Below are positions 15,953-24,618 of a stretch of 25,650 nt of DNA, one piece after another. The notes under the pieces were generated by a model. The model searched no databases. It saw nothing but the letters and a program-made list of their open reading frames with translations, and had not been told where the DNA came from. Location: positions 1-25,650 of the forward strand of contig JANPJS010000211.1 of the NCBI GenBank assembly GCA_031425655.1, in the 5' to 3' direction. The stretch's first letter is position 1. Each line of letters starts with the position of its first letter. The translations under genes and the position numbers were made by a program. This DNA is from Abditibacteriaceae bacterium. GTDB taxonomy: Bacteria > Armatimonadota > Abditibacteriia > Abditibacteriales > Abditibacteriaceae.

Positions 15953-16000
15953 GCCGAACTCTGAATTATGCCGCAAATCCACCAGTATTTGCGGCATAAT
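15953..16000 (-). other. attI-like recombination site with overlapping 14-bp inverted repeat
   Basis: Minus strand GCATAAT-TCAGA-GTTCGGC (L box, 5 bp, R box); ATTATGCCGCAAAT (15965-15978) / ATTTGCGGCATAAT (15987-16000). Confidence 0.65.
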
Positions 16001-16093
16001 CATGCTTTAATCCGAAGAAACCGCAACGCGAGAATATTTAACGTCTTCTCTGTGTTACAGCGCGCGATGCATTCAGGCGACACCGTATGAGCT

Positions 16094-16122
16094 ATCTTAC
16101 CCAGCAAACTCATTTAGCACAA
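16094..16122 (-). promoter_or_regulatory. Candidate Pc-like promoter TTGTGC-N17-TAAGAT facing the array
   Basis: -35 at 16122-16117, -10 at 16099-16094. Confidence 0.4.
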
Positions 16123-16182
16123 AGGCCATAGCTTTCGTATGAAGCTTGCATTCGCGCCGTAGCATTAGGTTGCAAAAGCCCA

Positions 16183-18465
16183 TTAATTGTCGGGCACGCG
16201 CACGATAAACGTGTCGCCATCTTCAAAAACAACTGGCAGTTTCGCCCGCAGCTTTGCTAACGCCGCCGCTTTGTATTGGCGCCGCTCCCATTCGCCGACG
16301 AATATGTAATGCACGTTCAAAGCACGCAACGCATCCAGCGCCTCGACATCGCTGGGCCAGGCGTAAATGAGGCGCACCATATCCCAGCGTTCTTGCACGC
16401 CGCTCATGTCGTTGCCCCACATCCAGACGTGTTGCGGCCATCCCAGCGGCGCAGGCTGGCCGCTAAGCGCCGAAACTCGGCCAACCATCGTGAAATCGCC
16501 GCCCATTTTGCCTTTGTCGTCTTCTCCGACAGCTTCGAGAACGACCTCGCCGGGCACCGCGTTGCTTTGCAGCCAATCGAGCGCTTTTCGGTCGGAAGTC
16601 GGCAAAAACCGCGCTCCGTCTAAGGACAGCCGGAACTGACCGGCTTCATCGCGCGGCGCATCGCGCACCACGCGCGTCCAGATTATGCACCAACCGCATA
16701 GCGCGGGCACGATGCACAGCACCGCGCCCGCCACGCCCAACACGCGGCGCGGCAATTTCGGCAGCGTGACCCAAGCACGCAGAGCCAAACTCGATGCTGC
16801 GAGGCCCAACAGCAGCCAGCCTTGCAAGCCAAATTTAAAAACTGTGTCCTGATGCCGCAAGCCTCCTCCGAAAAAGCCTTGCATATAGAAAAACTGCGGC
16901 ACCGCCATGCCCAAAAGCCCGCACAGGCCGAGCAGAAGGCCTAAATTTAGTCTCGATTCGTTTTCGCGCCGCGCTGTCCACAACTCGGCGCCGGTGCAAG
17001 CTATCGTGCCGACGGTGACAACTAAGGCACTGGCCGGCCACCATCGCACCAAAAGCAGCATGAAAATCAGCACGAGCGCCGCATCGCGTCGCTCTGCGCT
17101 CGTTTTCGCCAACGCCAGCAGCCATAGCATCAGCCAACTGCCCCAGAACACCAAAAACGGCACCGACGCAGGCGGCCAAAGCTCAAAAACCACGCCGCTC
17201 ACCTGCGCCTTGAAACGCCATAAATACGGCAGCGCCACCACGATGACCAGAAGCATTGCAACGGCGAGTTCGGCCCACTTTTCCGATTTGCGGCCCCGCG
17301 CCGTCAGAATCGCCGAGCCGATTACAAGCAGCGCATAAAGCGGCACGTCCCACGTATTGGTCATCACAAAAACGCCGAGCAAAATGCCAAGCAACGCCAG
17401 CACAGCGCGGCGGTGCCGCACGCTTTTGTGTGCGAAAAGCGCGAAGCACAGCGAAAACAAAAGCGCGGCTAAGGCCAGCGCGTAAAAATGCGCGTGCGCA
17501 TCGCCGATAGCCATTGTAAAAATGGGATATTCGCTGATGGCGAACCACGGATAATCGGTGTTGGTCGTCCACGGCGCGCGGGGCAGATTCGCCCACGCCG
17601 CGGCATATTGGGCCGGAGCGATGATCGGCCTTGCTGGTGCGTCAAGGTTCGGCGTGCCGTCGGGCCTGCGTTCGGGCAACCCGCTGAGTTGCTCGGTCGT
17701 ATCGGGAAAAACGCGCGAGGTGCTCCACCAATCGAGGCGCGCGAAATAATTATCCGAATTCGGCAGAGGATTAATCCACTGTCGCACCGGCTCGAAATGA
17801 CCAAAAAGCGCGACGAGCAACACCACAATCACGCCGCGTTTTAGCGAACCCGAAAGCGCCGCGCCGATAGCCCACAGCGTGGAAACGAACAAAGCGCAAA
17901 AAAGCGGCTGCACCAGGTTATAAGCGAAGGGCACCGACAATCCGAACGAGCGCGCCGGCAGCGCGCCCATCAGCGGGCCAAAGTGATAATAGCTGGTCAA
18001 AGGCGTGCCGCTCAGCCACGGATTATTGAGCGGCAGCCCGTCGGCGCGCATCAAACCGCCGAGTAGCGCCGCGTCCATCAATTTTTCCAAGTCGTTGAGT
18101 TCGGGATGGCGCAAGCGCACCCATAAAAAGAAGCCGAAAGCCGCGCCGAAAACCAAATCGGAGGCCAGCAAAGCGCGGCGATTTTCACCGCGCCACACCC
18201 GAAAACCGTCGTGCCGCGCGAAGCGACGGCAAAGCAGCGGCAGTCCGAAAATCCACAGAGGCGTCAAAGCCAACGGGACGACGCGCAGCATCGCGCCCCA
18301 ATAAACGAAAAGCGCGACGAGCGTTAGAAACAGCACGCGCCCGGCGGCCAATCCGCCGTCCGGCAAATTCGGAAAAACGCGCCGCGCCAGAGGCAGCACG
18401 GCGCGTCCCAAAAACCAAAAATATCCGAACCAGACCGCGATGAGGAGAAAGGAAGCGAGATTCAC
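16183..18465 (-). CDS. DUF2298 (Chlor_Arch_YYY-like) polytopic membrane protein, putative GT-C type glycosyltransferase
   Basis: EKLMD, NPWLSG..SYYHFG, ISEYP..IGDAHAH, NTWD, DTVFKF, GWPQH motifs; many TM helices. Confidence 0.85.
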   Translation of the reverse strand: MNLASFLLIAVWFGYFWFLGRAVLPLARRVFPNLPDGGLAAGRVLFLTLVALFVYWGAMLRVVPLALTPLWIFGLPLLCRRFARHDGFRVWRGENRRALLASDLVFGAAFGFFLWVRLRHPELNDLEKLMDAALLGGLMRADGLPLNNPWLSGTPLTSYYHFGPLMGALPARSFGLSVPFAYNLVQPLFCALFVSTLWAIGAALSGSLKRGVIVVLLVALFGHFEPVRQWINPLPNSDNYFARLDWWSTSRVFPDTTEQLSGLPERRPDGTPNLDAPARPIIAPAQYAAAWANLPRAPWTTNTDYPWFAISEYPIFTMAIGDAHAHFYALALAALLFSLCFALFAHKSVRHRRAVLALLGILLGVFVMTNTWDVPLYALLVIGSAILTARGRKSEKWAELAVAMLLVIVVALPYLWRFKAQVSGVVFELWPPASVPFLVFWGSWLMLWLLALAKTSAERRDAALVLIFMLLLVRWWPASALVVTVGTIACTGAELWTARRENESRLNLGLLLGLCGLLGMAVPQFFYMQGFFGGGLRHQDTVFKFGLQGWLLLGLAASSLALRAWVTLPKLPRRVLGVAGAVLCIVPALCGWCIIWTRVVRDAPRDEAGQFRLSLDGARFLPTSDRKALDWLQSNAVPGEVVLEAVGEDDKGKMGGDFTMVGRVSALSGQPAPLGWPQHVWMWGNDMSGVQERWDMVRLIYAWPSDVEALDALRALNVHYIFVGEWERRQYKAAALAKLRAKLPVVFEDGDTFIVRVPDN

Positions 18466-18471
18466 AAAGAG

Positions 18472-19026
18472 TCAGCTTTCGGAGGAGCCATGCCATTCCC
18501 CGGCCAGCATCCCGTAAATCGTGTGATCCACGAAATGGTCATAAAGCCATTCCGCATCACGGATAACGCCTTCACATCGAAAACCGAGGCGTTTGGGCAC
18601 GGCGCAACTCTTGAGGTTTCCGGTTGCGCAGCGAATCTCCATGCGATTCACGCCCATTTCGGAGAAAGTATGGCTGACCAGCGCGCGACACGAACGCGTC
18701 ATAATGCCGCGCCCCTGAAATTTCGCACTGAGCCAATAGCCTAAATAAGCCGCACGATTTTCCCAGTCCACTCTATTGTGCCCTACCACACCACATATTT
18801 CGTCGCGCCACCAGATGCCGGCAACGAAGCCATTCCCGACGGCGAATTGTTGGCGTGTTCGCTCGCAAAAAGCAGCGACCGTTTCTACACTGCGCGTGCT
18901 ATCCAGCCACGGCATCCATTGCCGCAGATAATCACGGTTGTCATCTACTATGGCGAACAGCAACGGCGCGTGATTTGTTTCTAAGAGACACAATGAGATG
19001 TCATCGTCCACACGAAAAATGAACAT
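18472..19026 (-). CDS. RimJ/RimL-family GNAT N-acetyltransferase
   Basis: LGYWL...QGRGIMT, N.KS.AVPKRLGF..EG motifs. Confidence 0.92.
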   Translation of the reverse strand: MFIFRVDDDISLCLLETNHAPLLFAIVDDNRDYLRQWMPWLDSTRSVETVAAFCERTRQQFAVGNGFVAGIWWRDEICGVVGHNRVDWENRAAYLGYWLSAKFQGRGIMTRSCRALVSHTFSEMGVNRMEIRCATGNLKSCAVPKRLGFRCEGVIRDAEWLYDHFVDHTIYGMLAGEWHGSSES

Positions 19027-19043
19027 ATCTGCTCCAAAACGGC

Positions 19044-19071
19044 AACAGGGACGGATTGCTCCATCCCTGTT
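19044..19071 (-). terminator. Probable terminator after htrA
   Basis: AACAGGGATGGA-GCAA-TCCGTCCCTGTT hairpin followed by GCCGTTTT. Confidence 0.55.
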
Positions 19072-19097
19072 ACAAGGCTATTGGCAGTCAGCACACT

Positions 19098-20681
19098 TCA
19101 GCCCGCCACGCTGGCTACGGTTTTCGGCGCTCTCGCCGCCGGCACGACTAACAACTTATAAATGCCGATGTCCTCGCGGTCTTTAAGCTGTAATAAAACG
19201 CGAACACCCGGCGCCAGAGTTTTTTCCAGCCGCTCATAAGAGGCTTTTGTCGTTACGTCCTGCCATTCGCCGCCCGACACGCGCAGACGCACTACGCGCA
19301 ATCCGCGATTGACTTGCGCGTCATCGCCGGGCGATCCCGGCACCACGTCCACCACGTAAACGCCCTTCGCGCCGACCATTGCGCCAAACGCTTCCTTGTC
19401 GAAAACGGTGAGTTTATCGCCGTTATCCACTTCGAGGCCCAGTCGCACGTCGTCCGCCAGTTGCGACAAGACGGGCATTTCGAGCGGCGCGTTGGTGCCC
19501 GCCGCCCAATCGCCTAAGGTCACCACGTAGTCGTGCGATTCGGGTTTGGCTTCAAAGGGCCGCGTCACGCTCAGCGTCACTTTGGCGCCGGGCGCGCGGC
19601 CCATCACCAGACGGCGAAATTCGTCGCTGCCCGCCACCGCCTTGCCGTCCACTGCCGTGATGATGTCGTCTACCTGCAAGCCGGCCTGTCCCGCCGGCGA
19701 GGCGCCTTTGACTAAAGCGCCGATTTGCATTCCGCCCGGCACGCCGAATTCGCGCGCCAGCTCGCTTTCCAAAGGCACATATTGAATCCCCAAAAAGCCG
19801 CGCATCACGCGCTTGCCTTCCAACAACGCGGGCAAAAGCGCGCTAATCGTATTCGAGGGCAACGAAAATCCGATGCCCACACTAAAGCGCGACGGCGACA
19901 AAATCGCCGTGTTGATACCGATCACTTTGCCGTCGAGATTGACTAATGGCCCACCGGAATTGCCGGGGTTGATCGAAGCGTCGGTTTGAATGTAATCGGG
20001 TAAAGAAGGCTTGCCAGGATCGTCGAGATGGCGCCCTTTGGCACTAACGATGCCCGCCGTTACCGTCTGCGCCTGCTCGAACGGCGAGCCGACGGCAATG
20101 GCCCATTCGCCGATGCGCACTTGCTCCGAATCGGCGAATTCCACGATGGGCAAATTCGTGCGCTCCACTTTGACGACCGCTAAATCAGTTTCCGGGTCAA
20201 CGCCGATAACCCGCGCGTTGGCCCGGTCGGGACGCGCGCTGTCGGCGTTGAACGACACGCGCACAAACGACGCGCCTTTGACGACGTGAAAATTCGTCAG
20301 GATATAACCGTCGGGCCGGATCACCATGCCGGTTCCCAAACTGGTGCGGCGATCATTCGGATTGAGAGGATTCACCGGCAGATCAAACGGGTCGAGATTG
20401 GGCGATTTTTCGCGCCTTGCACCCGGCTTGTTCGGCGTGGTTTTATCGTCGGGTTTGACGCCCGGTCTGGTCAAAAGCGATTGAGGAGTGCGCTCAACGT
20501 AAATCGTCACCACGCTGGGACGCACGCGCTCTGCCACCTGCACGAAGGCTTCCTGCAAAGCCCTCATCGTAGCGATAGGATCGCTTTTGGGAGCGGGCGC
20601 CTCGGCGGCGCGCAGACTACCGACAGGTGCCACTAACAGCGTGGCAAGCGCATAAAAATGAATCAAACGAACAGTTTTCAT
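19098..20681 (-). CDS. HtrA/DegP-family serine protease with PDZ domains
   Basis: TNFHVV, DLAV, QTDASINPGNSGGPL, PDZ region; signal peptide from ATG 20681 (longer ORF runs through non-coding repeats). Confidence 0.93.
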   Translation of the reverse strand: MKTVRLIHFYALATLLVAPVGSLRAAEAPAPKSDPIATMRALQEAFVQVAERVRPSVVTIYVERTPQSLLTRPGVKPDDKTTPNKPGARREKSPNLDPFDLPVNPLNPNDRRTSLGTGMVIRPDGYILTNFHVVKGASFVRVSFNADSARPDRANARVIGVDPETDLAVVKVERTNLPIVEFADSEQVRIGEWAIAVGSPFEQAQTVTAGIVSAKGRHLDDPGKPSLPDYIQTDASINPGNSGGPLVNLDGKVIGINTAILSPSRFSVGIGFSLPSNTISALLPALLEGKRVMRGFLGIQYVPLESELAREFGVPGGMQIGALVKGASPAGQAGLQVDDIITAVDGKAVAGSDEFRRLVMGRAPGAKVTLSVTRPFEAKPESHDYVVTLGDWAAGTNAPLEMPVLSQLADDVRLGLEVDNGDKLTVFDKEAFGAMVGAKGVYVVDVVPGSPGDDAQVNRGLRVVRLRVSGGEWQDVTTKASYERLEKTLAPGVRVLLQLKDREDIGIYKLLVVPAARAPKTVASVAG

Positions 20682-20762
20682 GTTGCGACTTCCTTCAAAC
20701 ATAACGAATGAAGTATAAGACACGCGGCGACTCAGAATTTGGCGGCGTTTTAACACAAAAAA

Positions 20763-20915
20763 GATTGCCCGGCGATTGAAATCGCGGCTCCGGGCCGTTG
20801 GCCGCGTGTCCGCCTGCGCGGACACCACGTTTAGCACTTCCGTCGGCGCAGGCTGGGCGCCCTCTGGGCAGATCGGCGGAACGCCCTGAGCCGCGATTTC
20901 AATCGCCGGGCAATC
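20763..20915. repeat. 153-bp REP-doublet/MITE-like element with perfect 28-bp terminal inverted repeats
   Basis: GATTGCCCGGCGATTGAAATCGCGGCTC (20763-20790) and exact reverse complement (20888-20915). Confidence 0.85.
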
Positions 20916-20945
20916 ACCGTCAATGACTCTGCCGTGCTGACACAA

Positions 20946-20974
20946 AAAAGCCCCGCCAATTTGGCGGGGCTTTT
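20946..20974. terminator. Rho-independent terminator (bidirectional form) after the glycosyltransferase
   Basis: AAAAGCCCCGCCAA-T-TTGGCGGGGCTTTT. Confidence 0.85.
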
Positions 20975-20982
20975 GGATTCGT

Positions 20983-21828
20983 TTACGAACGATGGTTACT
21001 GAAGCGTTCGCGCATTTGCAACGCTTGTTCGCGGCGCTGGGACGAAGCGGAGTTACGAACTGTGTCCACGGCAATATAGGCGGCGATTTCGCCATACATA
21101 TTCATACGCACGCGGAAACCTCGCCAGATACCGATTTTTTCCTCTTTGACCGGATGTGTCACGTTATGCAGCCACGCCACAGCGACTTTCAGCTTCCAAA
21201 CGTGTTTCACATAACGAGTAATCGCCGTTTCAACGCCGAAACGCGAATTCGTCAGGCCCGGCACTGCGAGAAAAACATCGCGGCGAATGGCGCGTTGGCC
21301 AGTCAGCATCGCTATGTGGCGATGACAAAAGCCCAGCCACCAACCGAAAATTCCGCCGCGCACCGCGCCAAATAATCCCAACGTCATATCGGCGCGCTGG
21401 TTTGGCTCATCGCTTAGCATCGGCGTCAAAAGGTCGTCTACGTGCGAAGATTTGAGACCGATCAGGTCGGCATCCAAGAAAACCAGCACTTCGGCTTCGG
21501 TGCGAAGCGCGCCATAAGTCAGGGCGCCACCTTTGCCAATGTTGTGTTTCAGTTCAAAAATCCGCAGTTCGCGGCAGCCTTCGCCGCGCTCGGTGTTTTC
21601 CGCGAACGCGGCTTTCAATTTGGCGGCGCACTGGCGCACTTCTGCCGCGGTGCTGTCGGAGCATCCGTCGGTTACAACGATAATTTCATCCACCAAACGC
21701 GCGGCGGCAATGACTTCGAGAACAGCGGTGATGCGTCCGGCTTCGTTGTAGGCCGGCACGACGGCGGCGGTGCGGGGTTGGCTGTCGCGCGGGGCGTGCG
21801 ACGGGCTGGCATTGGAAAGTGGGTTCAA
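20983..21828 (-). CDS. Glycosyltransferase family 2
   Basis: VVPAYNE, DGCSDST, N.GKGGA, FLDADL, TGQRA, FGVE. Confidence 0.92.
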   Translation of the reverse strand: MNPLSNASPSHAPRDSQPRTAAVVPAYNEAGRITAVLEVIAAARLVDEIIVVTDGCSDSTAAEVRQCAAKLKAAFAENTERGEGCRELRIFELKHNIGKGGALTYGALRTEAEVLVFLDADLIGLKSSHVDDLLTPMLSDEPNQRADMTLGLFGAVRGGIFGWWLGFCHRHIAMLTGQRAIRRDVFLAVPGLTNSRFGVETAITRYVKHVWKLKVAVAWLHNVTHPVKEEKIGIWRGFRVRMNMYGEIAAYIAVDTVRNSASSQRREQALQMRERFSNHRS

Positions 21829-22154
21829 GAGCCGAGCACCTCGTTGGCGTAAGTTATCAATTCGCGGCGATTAGTGTAACCGACGATTTGCGACACGACT
21901 TCACCGTTTTTGAAAAACGTCAAATTCGGAATTTTACTGACGCCATAACGCAAACTTAGCGCTTCGTATTGATCTACGTCGCACTTGACGACTTTCAAAC
22001 GTCCATCAAATTCGACGGCTAAGGCATCTACGAGCGGCGCCACCATGCGGCACGGGCCACACCAAATCGCATAAAAATCAACTAAAACAGGATGGGACGA
22101 CTGCAAAACTTCGCTTTCGAAGTTGGCATCGCCAACGGCAACAACATTCGACAT
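21825..22154 (-). CDS. trxA: Thioredoxin (WCGPC)
   Basis: 109 aa from ATG 22154; VLVDFYAIWCGPC, cis-Pro loop IPNL. Confidence 0.9.
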   Translation of the reverse strand: MSNVVAVGDANFESEVLQSSHPVLVDFYAIWCGPCRMVAPLVDALAVEFDGRLKVVKCDVDQYEALSLRYGVSKIPNLTFFKNGEVVSQIVGYTNRRELITYANEVLGS

Positions 22155-22165
22155 AGGCGTGATTG

Positions 22166-22236
22166 AAAAATAAAACAAAACGGCGGGACGCGCTCGGAAA
22201 TTCGCGCCGGGCGCAAATTTCCGGGCACGACCCGCC
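22166..22236 (-). terminator. Long imperfect hairpin plus U-tract between the two thioredoxins
   Basis: GGCGGGTCGTGCCCGGAAATTTGCGCC / GGCGCGAATTTCCGAGCGCGTCCCGCC followed by TTTTGTTTTATTTTT. Confidence 0.65.
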
Positions 22237-22244
22237 TGTTGAGG

Positions 22245-22574
22245 TTAGCCGTTGATGATTTCGTCAACCACCGACGCTAATTGCTGCTCGTTTTTGTAAC
22301 CGACGACCTGATTGACAATTTGCCCATCCTTGAAAAAAATCAAGTTCGGGATCGAAACCACGCCGTATTGGGTGGCGAGATCAGGATTTTCGTCCACATT
22401 GCACTTCACGACCTTAAGCTGGCCGGAATACTTGCCGGCCACGCTATCGAGCACCGGCGACAGCATTTTGCAAGGCTGGCACCATTCGGCCCAAAAGTCC
22501 ACCACAACTGGGTTGCTGGACTGCACAACTTCCGCGTCGAAATTTCCGGCTCCGACCGAAGCAACATTTGACAT
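22245..22574 (-). CDS. trxA: Thioredoxin (WCQPC)
   Basis: 109 aa from ATG 22574 with GGAGGA RBS; VVVDFWAEWCQPC. Confidence 0.93.
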   Translation of the reverse strand: MSNVASVGAGNFDAEVVQSSNPVVVDFWAEWCQPCKMLSPVLDSVAGKYSGQLKVVKCNVDENPDLATQYGVVSIPNLIFFKDGQIVNQVVGYKNEQQLASVVDEIING

Positions 22575-22693
22575 GATATTTCCTCCTGGAATTTCCACAG
22601 CGCCTTGAACAGCATCCCGCGATGCCGCCGAAATCGCCGATTCACGACTTGCAAACCTCAGTTCCACTCGACGCCTTGCGAACGATTTTCGTC

Positions 22694-23854
22694 CTATCCA
22701 GCACGGTTACGCGACGTTTTGTGCACTTCCCGCTGCGCGGAAATGAGATTTAAAAACAACACATCTAACGCCAGATTAGTGCTGGCGTTGCGTAAGATAT
22801 AGTGACGGGTTCGCCGCACTTGGTCAAGCCCATCGGCCCACGCCAGAGTGTCCGGCCCGGTTCCGCCACTCGCCAGACTCGCCGACCAACGCGCTCTGTA
22901 AACCGTCGCCAGCTCGTCCAAAAAGCGCGCCGCCGCCGAGCGTAATTCTTTGCCTTCGAGCTTTTTCGCAGCGCCCGGAGCCTTGTTTTTGAGAACCGCC
23001 TGATCTTCGCTCCACCATTGCCGCGCAAGGCGCAAAGCCGCTTCGGTGAGGCCCAGCGCGCCGACGGATTGGCTGCGCGCGATGCGTTCGACAACCGCTT
23101 CGGTTTCCACAAAACGCGAATGATGCTCGGTTGGCGTGCCATCGTCGTCCTCATCTTGCGCCAATAAGCGGCGCGCTTCGCGCCACGCTTTGCCTGGACG
23201 CCCCGCCGCCACGCGCGTCGCTTCGCTGAGCAACTCCGGCGAGGCTTCGGCAAATTGCGCCTGCAGCCACGTCACGATTTCGGCATCGGGCGCCAAACCC
23301 AGCGGCAAATGCCAGCAGCGCGAACGCACGGTCGGGCGAAGGTGGCTGAGGTTTTCCGATAAGAGCAGCAAAGTCAGGCCGCGAGATGGCTCTTCCAGTG
23401 TTTTTAACAGCGCATTCTGAGCAGCTTCCGTCAGTCTCTCAGCCTGCGCGATGATAATAACCCGCCGTGCCCCCGACATGGGACGGCGCATTGATTCATC
23501 AATTAAATTCCGCGCCATATTGATGGGAATCACGCTGCTTTCCAAAACATCGGGGGCTGTTTCCCACTTGCGTTCATCGTCAACGGCAGCCACCACCGGA
23601 CGATAAACGCGATAATCAGGAAAAGTTTCAATTTCAACCTGATGACACACGCGGCAGTGACCACACGGCGCCGGCAGGCCGTCGGAATCCAACGACACAG
23701 CGGGGCACAGCAGCAATTGCGCGTAACGTCGCGCCAGCGTTTCCTTGCCGGTTTGCGGCGGCCCGCTGATGAGCAGCGTTTGCGGCACGCAGTCTTTGGC
23801 AAACGCCCGCGCTAAAGCCGCCCATCGCTTCTGATGGCCCACGATGAGTGACAA
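22694..23854 (-). CDS. holB: DNA polymerase III subunit delta prime
   Basis: GPPQTGK, Zn cysteines CGHCRVC, AAQNALLKTLEEP, TVRSRC; downstream of tmk. Confidence 0.92.
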   Translation of the reverse strand: MSLIVGHQKRWAALARAFAKDCVPQTLLISGPPQTGKETLARRYAQLLLCPAVSLDSDGLPAPCGHCRVCHQVEIETFPDYRVYRPVVAAVDDERKWETAPDVLESSVIPINMARNLIDESMRRPMSGARRVIIIAQAERLTEAAQNALLKTLEEPSRGLTLLLLSENLSHLRPTVRSRCWHLPLGLAPDAEIVTWLQAQFAEASPELLSEATRVAAGRPGKAWREARRLLAQDEDDDGTPTEHHSRFVETEAVVERIARSQSVGALGLTEAALRLARQWWSEDQAVLKNKAPGAAKKLEGKELRSAAARFLDELATVYRARWSASLASGGTGPDTLAWADGLDQVRRTRHYILRNASTNLALDVLFLNLISAQREVHKTSRNRAG

Positions 23855-23870
23855 ATGACGAGTGACGAAT
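23847..23870. repeat. Single arm of (ARTGACR)n heptamer repeat at the tmk-holB junction
   Basis: AGTGACA AATGACG AGTGACG AAT; same unit as 5197-5258. Confidence 0.7.
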
Positions 23871-24490
23871 CAGGCATCGGCGGGGAGTAAATGGCGTTCG
23901 CGTAGAATCTCGATGATATTGCGATGAATTATGTCGGGTGAAGGCGCGGCGTCTATGACAACGACTCGTTTTGGCTCGTCGCGCGCGATAGCTAAAAAAC
24001 CTGCGCGCACTTTCGATTGAAACTCCAAGCCGCGCGCCTCAATGCGGTCGTTTCGCTCTGCCGCGCGGCGCGTCTGGGCAATGGCAGGTTCAACATCGAA
24101 AATCAGCGTCAAATTCGGCTCGGCACTCGCTGTGGCAAAAGCGTTCATTTGCTTGATGAACGAATCGGGCAAACCCAGTCCGGCGCCTTGATAAGCAAGG
24201 CTCGAATCCGCAAAACGGTCGCAAAGCACGTCCGCGCGACGTTGCAACGCCGGACGAATGACTTCGGCAACGTGCTGTGCGCGAGCCGCTCCGAAAAGCA
24301 AAAGCTCGGCGCGAGCATCCAACGCCTGCGCGGAATGCAGCAAATAATGGCGAATCGCTTCGGCGAGCGCGGTGCCGCCCGGTTCGCGCGTAGTCACGAC
24401 TTCACGCTGCGCCGCGCGCAGAAACTCGGCTAAGAGATTCAACTGCGTGGTCTTGCCACAGCCGTCAATGCCTTCAAAAGTGAGAAACAT
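23870..24490 (-). CDS. tmk: Thymidylate kinase
   Basis: FEGIDGCGKTT, TREPGGT, LCDRF.DSSLAYQG. Confidence 0.97.
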   Translation of the reverse strand: MFLTFEGIDGCGKTTQLNLLAEFLRAAQREVVTTREPGGTALAEAIRHYLLHSAQALDARAELLLFGAARAQHVAEVIRPALQRRADVLCDRFADSSLAYQGAGLGLPDSFIKQMNAFATASAEPNLTLIFDVEPAIAQTRRAAERNDRIEARGLEFQSKVRAGFLAIARDEPKRVVVIDAAPSPDIIHRNIIEILRERHLLPADA

Positions 24491-24618
24491 TAAAGTGAAA
24501 AGTGATGAGTGAAAAGTGATGAGTGAAAAGTGATGAGTGAAAAGTGAAAAGTAACGGCTTCCTGCGCCCTACTTTTCACTTTTCACTCATCACTTTTCAC
24601 TTTAATGTTTCTCACTTT
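24477..24618. repeat. Heptamer (AGTGAAA/AGTGATG)n hairpin with 43-bp perfect outer stem
   Basis: 24477-24519 is the exact reverse complement of 24576-24618. Confidence 0.9.

Larger units (their letters stand above)
9056..15971 (-). mobile_element. Integron gene-cassette array (10 attC sites) with no integrase in the window (CALIN-like)
   Basis: Ten related 86-113 bp imperfect palindromes with AAC...GTT core ends, each downstream of co-oriented minus-strand ORFs; AT-richer than flanks. Confidence 0.93.

Noticed and set aside
15948..15978. dif/XerCD site
   Set aside because: Only the GCATAA/TTATG core resembles a Xer arm; the other arm is cassette-derived GTTCGGC and there is no TTATGTTAAAT
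16001..16182. Integrase (intI) remnant
   Set aside because: Too short, no ORF of 60 aa or more and no tyrosine recombinase motif recognised
20682..21095. N-terminal extension of HtrA in the 665-aa ORF
   Set aside because: Runs through the inverted-repeat element, a terminator and the GT2 3' end; the signal peptide begins at 20681
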